A program made the position numbers and the translations under genes. From a virus: a stretch of DNA of 64,000 nt. Below are positions 55,320 through 64,000 of the stretch, piece by piece. The first letter of the stretch is position 1, and each line of letters starts with the position of its first letter. Location: IMG/VR virus record IMGVR_UViG_3300007513_000005; one strand, given 5' to 3'. Below the pieces are notes generated by a model, which was not told the origin of the DNA, searched no databases, and was given only the letters and a program-made list of their open reading frames with translations.

Positions 55320-58300
55320 TCAAAACCTATATGCCGAGGTTGTGGGCCCAGAAGATCTGGCGGTACTTGCTGGGGCACGGTTGTATGATGTACTTCTCGG
55401 CGTTGCTGTTCTAACTCTCGACGTGGCGCGTGAACTTGCACTGGGTGCCCTAGAGACACGCTGTGTTGAAGTTGCTCTCGATGCCCTTGATGCAGTAGAC
55501 GCAGTGGTGCGCGTTGCTGTACGCACTGCTGGGGACGTCATAGTAGATCGCATATCGGATCTAGGCGCTGCCGAACTTCGTGTTTGCATGCCTGTTCTTG
55601 GTGATGGACCTCTCTTTGATCCCTTTACCTTAACTGCACCCACATCTACATTGGTTGAAATGCTCACTTGTTTTTGTAATTGTGGCGCAGCTGGGTTTGC
55701 CACTGGTGCTGGTGGCAACGGAAGAACTGTTGTCGGTAACGAAACTCGATCATTTCGAAAACTTCTGGCGGACTCTGCAAAAATTCTTCCAGTTGGAAAA
55801 TTTGGTGCTGAAGTCTGTGGGATTTGCGGTATTTCTTCAACGGGCACCTGTCGAATAAAGTTAAGCAACCCTGGGTACATCCCCTCCTCCCTATTAAATC
55901 TGCTATCTTCATTTACCACATCGTTGCCGTCGGGTCTGTTATCCATAAGTCCGCACGCGACGTTGGAACTGATGAACTCCTCAATACCAGTATCTGATAG
56001 AGTCCTGTTCGATTCTTCAAGTCCTTTAATTGAATTGGAGTATTTAAACGATGCATCGGCCATCTCTTCTGTTACTGAACTCATAAAATTAAAATAAACG
56101 TTATAAGATGGTATCGAAGAATTTTCGCCTGAATCGGATGCGTGGTGATTAGATTTATTCATAGCGCCAATGATACCATTTGCAGAAGGTGCGCCATACC
56201 TTTTCTGGTACATTTTGATTTCTTGTACAAAATTACTAATTAGCCTGCCTTGCTCTGGAGCAGCCAATATCGCTCGGCGTTTACGACGCTTTCTCTTCAT
56301 TTTTGGTCTTGAGGGTCCACGGCCGAGGCGTTTTGCTTCGTGATGAGATTTTGCTTCTTGTTGCCTTCTTAGGTCCTCTGCTTTCTCTCGGGCGCGAGCG
56401 GCTTGCTCTTCTCTATTCATCTCGTCTTCATCAAAAAACACTTCATCATCGCCGATAACAATAGACATTGGGGTAATTCGGTCCATTGCAGCACCAACTG
56501 CCCCTCCTGGAAAGAACTTTGCTCTCTCCCTATTCAACCTATCTTCATATGTTTCCTCGGAGACTTCAGGAATCCCCATACCTCTCTGTAGATCACCCTC
56601 TCCCCAAAATCTAAAAAACACCTTTTGAAGGGGATCCATTTCAATATAATTATCGCTCTCGATAGCTCTCTCTTCATCTGTTGAACCATCTGGATTTTCT
56701 TCCACATTAGAGAACCATCTTTGCATACTCAACGTATTATCTCCCCTCGCTGAATATCCACTTCCTTCGTTAGATAGTGAGAACTTATATCCAATATCAA
56801 AATAATCCTCCAGATCCATAACAAGATCCTGGTATGTTTTAATAAAAGATTGAATTGTTTCTGGTCTGGCGTTGGAAGGATTAATCATATTATACATTGC
56901 AGTGTTGGCTGCATCCATAGACATCCCTTCTCTAGACATCAACAGATCCTTTGGCCTAGCATTAATGCCAGCAAAGTTGCCCTCGTTCACAATACCTCTT
57001 TCGCCATCATTGCCCTGAACTGGATTTGAGAAATTGTACATACTAACTTCAGACTTTGCAAAAGCAACATCTATTAACTCTATATAATTACCAACATAAC
57101 CTTGAAGATTGTACTTTCTTCTTGCTCGTCTAACAAAATCAGTAACTAACAGTTTGGATACCGTATTGTAATTCCCTTGCTGCAATGTCTCCCCATATTG
57201 TGGAGGATCTCTAACTTCATCCATACCAACTGGTTGTGTTGGATCTGTTTTTCTAATCATCCTAGAATCAAAGACAGGAATTGAAGATTCTTGTAGGTAT
57301 AAATTTAATTCTTTTAAGTTTCTTCTTGCCGTTTGCAACAAGTTGATAAATCGATCTTTAGTTGGATCCTTTATTCTCAATTTAATTCCATACTGGAAAA
57401 CTGCACCTGTTCCAAGATAATCCGCCACCTGTCTGTCTTCTATGAAAAACTTCCTTTTTACTACCCCTGCCCACCCTGGAACTGCCAACTCTACTATCTT
57501 TGAATCGCGGTCTTCCTTGGTGACAATATTTCTTGCACTCACCCCACCTGTGGCTGCGGCGTTTTGCCCACTCGTAGCAACAACGAAATCCTCTTCTTCT
57601 ATCTGATCAAACGGGATTCTTGTGGGTGCTCCGAGTTTGTTATGTCCGATCAACCTCTTGGTGACCCTTCTCCTCAGTACCGTTATTTCCAAAATATCTA
57701 AGAGAGCAGGGTACCCCAGCATCACGTTTGTTGGGTTTGACTTAACCAGATCATAGTACCTAGTTTGTTCGTATATCGATGCCATGTCAATAATGAATTC
57801 TATATTGGCAACCTTTTCAATCCTATCAAAATCAACAACGACTTCTTCTACATCGAAAAAATCTTTATAATTCTTTTCTATCAAATCAAGAGAGGGGATT
57901 GAATCGTCAAATGTTTGAAACTCCGATGGCTGATAGTTCGTCTCCTTCAATCTCTCCATAGATCGAAAGTCCTGTATCTTCGTCAATGGCACCTGGTGAG
58001 TGGTCAGCGCTCTACTGGAGTCTCGATGAGACAATCCTGTCATGAGTGTACCGTTTCCCATACTATGAACAGGTCCATAATAAGGCACTTTCGTTATAGC
58101 GTCCTTATAGACTAGTGCTGTAGATTCTACGCGGTTGCCTCTGGTTATAACATCTGCAGTGATGTCGCCCGTCATGTAACCCAACCTTCTTACTTCTTCT
58201 GATGACAATTCATCCAGACTTAAAGAACTGAAGTCAAAATAAGTAAAACAAATCATCGAAAGGTTTTCACAACGTCCAAAAAAGAGATTTTCAACTTTAA

Positions 58301-58892
58301 AGGTGTGTTCGTATGGAATAATGTTTATCAGGTTATTGTTGATATCATACTCTTGGTACTGTGAGTTTCTAACCTCAAAACCCAAAGTATCGGGCCTGGC
58401 GTCTTTGATTTGAAGTACCACTTTTTCAGTTGTTCTGTTTAACAATTGTACTGTTTGTTGCAGGTAGTTCTCGAATGTCGGCATTATTGAAGGCAAATCC
58501 AACCGCCACCCAAACGCATTGAAAGATCTTATTGTATTCAACATGGTCTCAAATGCGGCATTATCACTAAACAGGAGTACAGCAACCTTCAAAGAAGACA
58601 GTATCTCGTCTTGTATTTGGTTTGGGTCCTCGTCTGGATTTTGATTGTTCGTTATAACGCCCAACCCCTCTTCGTTCAAAACGTCCCTAATTTGACAATC
58701 AACCGTTATTGCAGTTCCTGGACGGAACCTCCTGTCCTGAGATGCCCCCTCTGAAAGACCAGAAGCGAACCTGTTCGGTACCTTAGTATCCTCCAGTGTT
58801 ATTCTGCGAGTGTATATCTTTGGGAGAAATTGTCCCACAATATCATCAGAATTTCTAAATCTTTGTGTCATTCTCCTATTCACACTCCCCAC
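55320..58892 (-). CDS. Large hypothetical protein (1190 aa) with a polybasic cluster and an R/S/T-rich disordered tail
   Basis: KMKRKRRKRR; the last ~110 aa are dominated by R, S, T, A. Confidence 0.65.
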   Translation of the reverse strand: MGSVNRRMTQRFRNSDDIVGQFLPKIYTRRITLEDTKVPNRFASGLSEGASQDRRFRPGTAITVDCQIRDVLNEEGLGVITNNQNPDEDPNQIQDEILSSLKVAVLLFSDNAAFETMLNTIRSFNAFGWRLDLPSIMPTFENYLQQTVQLLNRTTEKVVLQIKDARPDTLGFEVRNSQYQEYDINNNLINIIPYEHTFKVENLFFGRCENLSMICFTYFDFSSLSLDELSSEEVRRLGYMTGDITADVITRGNRVESTALVYKDAITKVPYYGPVHSMGNGTLMTGLSHRDSSRALTTHQVPLTKIQDFRSMERLKETNYQPSEFQTFDDSIPSLDLIEKNYKDFFDVEEVVVDFDRIEKVANIEFIIDMASIYEQTRYYDLVKSNPTNVMLGYPALLDILEITVLRRRVTKRLIGHNKLGAPTRIPFDQIEEEDFVVATSGQNAAATGGVSARNIVTKEDRDSKIVELAVPGWAGVVKRKFFIEDRQVADYLGTGAVFQYGIKLRIKDPTKDRFINLLQTARRNLKELNLYLQESSIPVFDSRMIRKTDPTQPVGMDEVRDPPQYGETLQQGNYNTVSKLLVTDFVRRARRKYNLQGYVGNYIELIDVAFAKSEVSMYNFSNPVQGNDGERGIVNEGNFAGINARPKDLLMSREGMSMDAANTAMYNMINPSNARPETIQSFIKTYQDLVMDLEDYFDIGYKFSLSNEGSGYSARGDNTLSMQRWFSNVEENPDGSTDEERAIESDNYIEMDPLQKVFFRFWGEGDLQRGMGIPEVSEETYEDRLNRERAKFFPGGAVGAAMDRITPMSIVIGDDEVFFDEDEMNREEQAARAREKAEDLRRQQEAKSHHEAKRLGRGPSRPKMKRKRRKRRAILAAPEQGRLISNFVQEIKMYQKRYGAPSANGIIGAMNKSNHHASDSGENSSIPSYNVYFNFMSSVTEEMADASFKYSNSIKGLEESNRTLSDTGIEEFISSNVACGLMDNRPDGNDVVNEDSRFNREEGMYPGLLNFIRQVPVEEIPQIPQTSAPNFPTGRIFAESARSFRNDRVSLPTTVLPLPPAPVANPAAPQLQKQVSISTNVDVGAVKVKGSKRGPSPRTGMQTRSSAAPRSDMRSTMTSPAVRTATRTTASTASRASRATSTQRVSRAPSASSRATSRVRTATPRSTSYNRAPASTARSSGPTTSAYRF

Positions 58893-59928
58893 TTGTATCT
58901 GGACTCAGGGGTGGAAGTTCCAGCACAGATGTCTTAAATCTTCTTGCGTCTTCTATTCCCTGCTTTATTCCATTCTTTAGTTTATTTGGATTTGTTCCAA
59001 AAAAGTCCAAACCAAACTCATCTGCAACTTCTCTGTCGACGAGCAACTCGAAATATTGTTCAATATAATCCCTGGAAATGACACCTCTAGTATTTTTTGT
59101 GGTATAAATTCTCTTGAGAGATTCTACTTCTGCACTCCCTTGTTTATCTTTAACTTCTTTTGTTTCAACTTCAAAAAACTCTACTTCAAAGTTTTCCCGC
59201 TTGTAATCTGTAGCGCGCTCGATCAAACTAAGGACAAGAGCATTGTCCTCCACGGAAAGTCTCATATTGTCTGTAAACACTATCTCATCCTCGATTCCGC
59301 TATAGGTTACTCTGAACTCTTCGGGCGGTAGTGCATAGTCTGGGTCTGTTGATGGAATCGATTCTGCTTTCAGGTTATAATCCACTTCCATAGTAAGTAC
59401 GGGTCTTTTTATTCCCACGTTGGGCGATGAGGAACTCACATTAAATTGCGTCATCGTACCATCCATTATGCTTTCCACATCCCAAGACGGGACAATCTGC
59501 TCGCCAAGGAGAGAGTTGCCGATCATGTTTCTTACGAGATTTCTATCATCAGCACCCATTTTCTCTTCGGTCAGGAAATCATTACCGTACAGTTCGCCAG
59601 CTGGCAGTTCCTCGATCCGTCCCGTTTTGCGAGCTTGCCATCCGAGACCCCTCTGTTTGTTAATTTCATGCCCATTCAAAGTAAGGATCCTAGTTTCTAC
59701 ACCATCATGCTCATAGTGAGTTCTTACTCTTTGTGTTTCTTTTTGAATTCTTGTCGATGTCTCTTTTGCTTTTTCAGGCTCGACTCCAGCGTACTCTACA
59801 TTGTATAATATTTCATCGTCGGAAAAAACATAATATACTGGTTTGAATTTACCTTTTGCTAGCAGGTACTTTCCTAATTGAGTTAGTTCTATATCTAATA
59901 CATCTTCCTTCTTATTAAAAAACGACAC
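58876..59928 (-). CDS. Virion structural protein (350 aa)
   Basis: N-terminal DIELTQLGKYLLAKGKFKPVYYVFSDDEILY; AGGAG SD. Confidence 0.55.
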   Translation of the reverse strand: MSFFNKKEDVLDIELTQLGKYLLAKGKFKPVYYVFSDDEILYNVEYAGVEPEKAKETSTRIQKETQRVRTHYEHDGVETRILTLNGHEINKQRGLGWQARKTGRIEELPAGELYGNDFLTEEKMGADDRNLVRNMIGNSLLGEQIVPSWDVESIMDGTMTQFNVSSSSPNVGIKRPVLTMEVDYNLKAESIPSTDPDYALPPEEFRVTYSGIEDEIVFTDNMRLSVEDNALVLSLIERATDYKRENFEVEFFEVETKEVKDKQGSAEVESLKRIYTTKNTRGVISRDYIEQYFELLVDREVADEFGLDFFGTNPNKLKNGIKQGIEDARRFKTSVLELPPLSPDTSGECE

Positions 59929-59933
59929 TCTTA

Positions 59934-62900
59934 TTACTCCTTACTAAATCCAACGAATCCAGATGACTGCAAATCAAGGGGTTTGTACTTAAAATCAATA
60001 GAAGTACCAATATTAACTAGTTCAATTAACGAAAAGTAATCATATGGCCAGTTAAAACCATACTCAAATATATCATTTTCCACACTAAGTTTCTTTTCAG
60101 GATGTCCGTCTGGAAGTTTGTCTAGTTTCTTTTTCTTAAAGTAATTCGTTTGTGCTTTCTGCTTAACCTTGAATACCATCCACTGGACGTCTTCATCAAA
60201 CCCGCCATCCTCCATGAGGTCGGTTGGTCCGAATAGTTCATGATCAACCACTTGCGAACTAATAATCCTAGAACCCTCTCCATAGTACGAATCCAAACCG
60301 ACGTCGGGTGTCACATTTTGCCAAATATTTGCTACATCCTGACGTGAAAGCGTTACGGAAAACTCAAATATATACATTGCAAATGGTTCAATAAATTTTG
60401 AAGTCGGATCATTATATTTTAAGAAGTTAAAGTGCGGTGGAATATTATAATCCATCATAGATTTAACCATCTTGAAAATGGATCTTCTTGGTGTAATTGC
60501 TCTAGGTGGATCACCCAACCTATCACTCGATGCATCACCTGGTAAAGACCCTCCTGATCTGCGGGCAGCTGCATCGTCTAAAATATTCGCTGCTTCTCTC
60601 TGTTCACGGCGAGCATCTTCCGTGTCAAGTCTATATTCTGGGAATCCCAAATTTCTAACTGACTGGTATACTTCCTCTTTTGGAAGTTTGAAGAACTTCT
60701 TTTCTCCATTAACAGTCTTAAAAGGAACTGCGATAACCGCCTCTTTGATTAATTTTGATGATGGGAGCGAACCGATTTTGTTATATTCACGTTCTATCCC
60801 AAGTCCTATAAGTTTAGATAGGTCTCCCTTTGATCGATCTCTAGGTCCACCAATCCAAACAGACGGGCGAGTCTTGCCTGTTATGCTGCCTGTCTGGTGC
60901 CAGATCCCTTTTATTTTCGGCAAAGTCTGTGTCGTTTTTGAAGTTCTTGGTTGATCAACATCTCCATCGGCGGTGCCAGTGAAGTTAAACGTAGGACACT
61001 CAAATCTAGTTTGAAGTACCAAAGAACTTCTATTTTCAATAATATCCCCTGTTTCAGAATTATATGATTGAACAAAACTATCTTCATTAAATCCAAAACC
61101 ACTGAAACTGGCACTAAGGTGCATGGCATGATCCCTGTTTACAGAAGCTGGTATCATCATAGTCACTGACGAGTCTGTGGTGGATCTTCCAGATCCCTTA
61201 GAAGACATGGACCCCGTTGCTGATACGAATCTCTCAAATTCGACAGTAGTTTCTGAAAGGATTTGTCTTATTGAATTATATTGGGTATTTGAGTCTGGAG
61301 TAAATTTTAACGTCGCTTCTGCAAGACCGTCATAATGAGGCGGCAAATATGGTGCAAACCCATACCCTAGTTTGTCATAATATCTTGGCAAGTTAATACC
61401 ACCAGGCGTCTTGGTTTTGACTCGACCAACGTCGCACGGCGGGCCGAAAGCTGCTGGATTGTTATACATTGGATTATCACGACTTGTCCCGCGGCCGCTG
61501 CCAAGTATAACTCTTGCCTCATAGGTGCTCACACTGGAGTCGATTTCTTGTGGGACATCTGATGACCTTATTGTCACACCCTTACTGTTTTCAATAAACA
61601 AGTTCAAACATTCTGCATAGAAATTACTTGCGGCGCGGGTGTACATCGTTGTTGTCGATGCTATTGCATCAAGATCAAGTTTAGTTACGAGAGAAGACGA
61701 GTGCGCAGCGACACCACGGACGAAATCCGTATTTTGAACTGCACCCGTGACATTAAAACTGCCCGACCATACGGTTGGCCCAGACAAATCACCAGTCAAT
61801 CTTCTCTTAACGGTATTGGCACCCAAGAGACTTGCGCTCGGATGAGGTTCCATTTCATAAAACAACGTCTGATTTCCATCTTCTGTAGAAACTGTGGGCG
61901 GAGTGTATATCGCAGGATCTACAATTGCCTCAAACGGTATTCTTGTAACGGACTTTATCCCCGTGTCTATATTCAAACTCAGCGAAGTGGGTTCACTACC
62001 TATATCCATCGATCCAGTGTAAAAATGTTTATGATATTCTGGAGATCCTATTCTCGGGATCGAGGCGTCATCCGTAAAATTAAACTTAGAACCAACAACA
62101 AAAGTTGGAATAGTGTATGCCCCTGAAACAAAAGTGTTTGCGCTTCCAGATAGTCCAGCTGGGTGGTTGTCTCTCAAAGTAGACTCTACCATATAACCGT
62201 CTCGTGACCTGGTGGTTGTTCCAAGAACCTTCCAGTTGACACCTGCGTTGTCGCGGGCATTAGTCCACCAAGTTTTAAATGCTGGGGCGTCGTAAGTAGT
62301 TGATCCATTGCCCTCAATTTCGCCACCATTAAGAACATAATAGTATAGAGTATATTGTGCTGGATTTGTTATGTCAGTAATACCGTTCCACCTTCTTCTG
62401 GATCTGCTTGACCAACTCGGTGACTGATCCAGGGATCCAGACCAAGTCGAAAATCCATAAAAGGTGCCAGAAAGATGATTCGCCAATGTAGGGGCAGCAG
62501 TAGTGTCGGGGATCTTAGATTCGAAAGATCCTGATGAGGCAAGTATAGTTTTACCACTATACAATGGAGATGCATGATTAAACACTGGTAAATTGTTTGT
62601 CATGCTAGCATCCGTCAAATAATCTGATGATGCATAAAGGCTTGACTTTGCCTTCATATACCCAGTGTCATTTCCAGGTCGGTACCATGCCACTAGGTTA
62701 TCGTGTAAGGATCGAGGCAAGACAGTATATGGGTTTCTTGGACCTATTTGAGATCCGTGGTTTTTAGACTGAAACTTTGCGGATGAGGCGGTGTCGCCCT
62801 GCGATAGCGCACTGATCTGTGTTGCGCCAGCTGGTGGGTTGTCGGGATTAGATCCCCCAAGTGCATAAACAGAATATTTGTCTAATTGCTTATTGAAAAC

Positions 62901-64000
62901 TAAAACTTCAGTCATGATGTTTTCAGAGGGTTTGGTTGTTGCTAGTCCGCGCTTCAAGGTTGAATCAACTGTATTTCCGAGAAATCCGAGGTCTACATTA
63001 CTATCGGCATTTAGGGATTTTACTGCTCCTAGATGCGACCCTAGATAACAATTTCTTTCACCGTCCAAAACTACAGAAGCGGCGCTCGAACCATCAAGAG
63101 TAAACCCTGCTGACGAGGTTATTTCAGCGGCTGTGCTATATGGGCGACCATTAACAAAACACTTAAAGTTGTCGACGTCGATCGTGTTTAAATCGAACTC
63201 CACATAATAATGGTTCCACCCAGGGTTGAATCTTGCTCCATCTGGTGGCGTGCACTTCATAACGAAAAAATCCTTTCCATTTCCGCCAGCAGCAACAAAG
63301 TGGGTCTTAAACTTTTTATTTGCTCCAGTCTGGGCCTGGGCTTTGTTTTCAAATCCCGAATAAGTGAGAGAATCATTATCAATAGCATACCCAAGGTGAA
63401 AACCCTTCTTGAATGCAGCCTGATCTTCTACTTCTCCACTACCAAGCGAAATCACGGTACCACACTGCTGGAGGGGGTAGAGCGAATCCATAGAGAAACT
63501 ACGCCAATCCTGTTCTCGTCCTCGGGCATTAGTCATCGGCAAATACATCCAAAACGATACACCAATCTTGTCATTGTGATTGCCGCTGGCGATGGACCCT
63601 GTCAGAGACTTAGCCCATTCGCTGCCTCCACCAATCTCAATTCTGTTTCTTGATAGATTGGGGTTTGCCTTCGGAAAATTATCAAAATCAGAACTTGAAC
63701 CCGTCATCATATATGAAGTAACGCTGGCGGATTGGAACATGACACCATACTGGTTATATATCTTGTCTTCGTGGGGTTCGAAAATAGGATAATCAACCGA
63801 GATGCCCGACTTGATTGTATTAAATGCAATACCTGGAGCGTAATAAGGCGCTAACACGTTTCTCCATAATCCATCAGCATGCTGACTGTAAGAGGAACTA
63901 AATTCTGATGCTAATTGAGTCATTCTATCCGCAGGGTACAATCCCTTGTAAGGTAAAAATTTCTTTAATGCCTTACACTTCAGCATTAACCGCTGTGGAG
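59934..64000 (-). CDS. Very large virion protein with a LamG/concanavalin-like domain, 5'-truncated by the window edge
   Basis: GVSFWMY...GWNHY...LGSH...EVLVFNKQL...NLVAWY. The frame stays open upstream of ATG 63986 (CCA CAG CGG TTA), so the true start is outside the window. Confidence 0.6.
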   Translation of the reverse strand, partial: PQRLMLKCKALKKFLPYKGLYPADRMTQLASEFSSSYSQHADGLWRNVLAPYYAPGIAFNTIKSGISVDYPIFEPHEDKIYNQYGVMFQSASVTSYMMTGSSSDFDNFPKANPNLSRNRIEIGGGSEWAKSLTGSIASGNHNDKIGVSFWMYLPMTNARGREQDWRSFSMDSLYPLQQCGTVISLGSGEVEDQAAFKKGFHLGYAIDNDSLTYSGFENKAQAQTGANKKFKTHFVAAGGNGKDFFVMKCTPPDGARFNPGWNHYYVEFDLNTIDVDNFKCFVNGRPYSTAAEITSSAGFTLDGSSAASVVLDGERNCYLGSHLGAVKSLNADSNVDLGFLGNTVDSTLKRGLATTKPSENIMTEVLVFNKQLDKYSVYALGGSNPDNPPAGATQISALSQGDTASSAKFQSKNHGSQIGPRNPYTVLPRSLHDNLVAWYRPGNDTGYMKAKSSLYASSDYLTDASMTNNLPVFNHASPLYSGKTILASSGSFESKIPDTTAAPTLANHLSGTFYGFSTWSGSLDQSPSWSSRSRRRWNGITDITNPAQYTLYYYVLNGGEIEGNGSTTYDAPAFKTWWTNARDNAGVNWKVLGTTTRSRDGYMVESTLRDNHPAGLSGSANTFVSGAYTIPTFVVGSKFNFTDDASIPRIGSPEYHKHFYTGSMDIGSEPTSLSLNIDTGIKSVTRIPFEAIVDPAIYTPPTVSTEDGNQTLFYEMEPHPSASLLGANTVKRRLTGDLSGPTVWSGSFNVTGAVQNTDFVRGVAAHSSSLVTKLDLDAIASTTTMYTRAASNFYAECLNLFIENSKGVTIRSSDVPQEIDSSVSTYEARVILGSGRGTSRDNPMYNNPAAFGPPCDVGRVKTKTPGGINLPRYYDKLGYGFAPYLPPHYDGLAEATLKFTPDSNTQYNSIRQILSETTVEFERFVSATGSMSSKGSGRSTTDSSVTMMIPASVNRDHAMHLSASFSGFGFNEDSFVQSYNSETGDIIENRSSLVLQTRFECPTFNFTGTADGDVDQPRTSKTTQTLPKIKGIWHQTGSITGKTRPSVWIGGPRDRSKGDLSKLIGLGIEREYNKIGSLPSSKLIKEAVIAVPFKTVNGEKKFFKLPKEEVYQSVRNLGFPEYRLDTEDARREQREAANILDDAAARRSGGSLPGDASSDRLGDPPRAITPRRSIFKMVKSMMDYNIPPHFNFLKYNDPTSKFIEPFAMYIFEFSVTLSRQDVANIWQNVTPDVGLDSYYGEGSRIISSQVVDHELFGPTDLMEDGGFDEDVQWMVFKVKQKAQTNYFKKKKLDKLPDGHPEKKLSVENDIFEYGFNWPYDYFSLIELVNIGTSIDFKYKPLDLQSSGFVGFSKE

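Noticed and set aside
55342-56097. 251-aa plus-strand ORF
   Set aside because: It is the antisense shadow of a low-complexity, GC-richer coding tail; no SD, promoter or recognisable motif.
1-64000. Numerous 60-150 aa plus-strand and alternate-frame ORFs in the track
   Set aside because: All lie within longer minus-strand genes that form a coherent, tightly packed operon; none has a recognisable domain.
1-64000. Stop-codon reassignment (alternative genetic code)
   Set aside because: Conserved genes are full length under code 11, and TAG (6467, 24658, 35373) and TGA act as real stops adjacent to the next start.
1-64000. tRNA, rRNA, CRISPR array, integrase or transposon
   Set aside because: Intergenic gaps are under 150 bp and are accounted for by terminators and RBSs; no cloverleaf, spaced direct repeats or recombinase motifs were seen by eye.

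Overview
The window is 64 kb of a large myovirus (contractile-tailed dsDNA phage) with a T4-like morphogenesis module. About 55 densely packed CDSs all lie on the minus strand. Reading in transcription order (right to left): a cluster of large virion proteins, one with a LamG-like domain and running off the window end; a J-domain protein, RuvC-like resolvase, primase and a single-chain Mre11-Rad50 (gp47-gp46) fusion; a holin/spanin-like membrane cluster; terminase, portal, prohead protease, a ribosomal protein bS21 homologue, scaffold and major capsid protein; neck gp13/gp14 and two gp15-like paralogues; two paralogous repeat-rich fibres; sheath and tube; a gp26-like chaperone with a probable programmed frameshift; two tandem tape-measure paralogues; baseplate genes; a very small family-A DNA polymerase; and a divergent tubulin/FtsZ-like protein. 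I saw no tRNA, rRNA, CRISPR array, integrase, transposase, intron or intein. The most notable non-obvious signals are: an internal Shine-Dalgarno plus ATG nested in the long fibre gene; a 16-codon Cys-Cys ORF in frame with the prohead protease across one TAA and followed by a GC hairpin; a T7 slippery site joining the chaperone to a +1/-2 frame; systematic pairing of tail genes; and a recurrent CTA(T/A)TTA upstream motif. All family assignments come from motif recognition by eye, not database searches. The host cannot be determined. The lipoprotein and spanin-like genes suggest a diderm bacterium.
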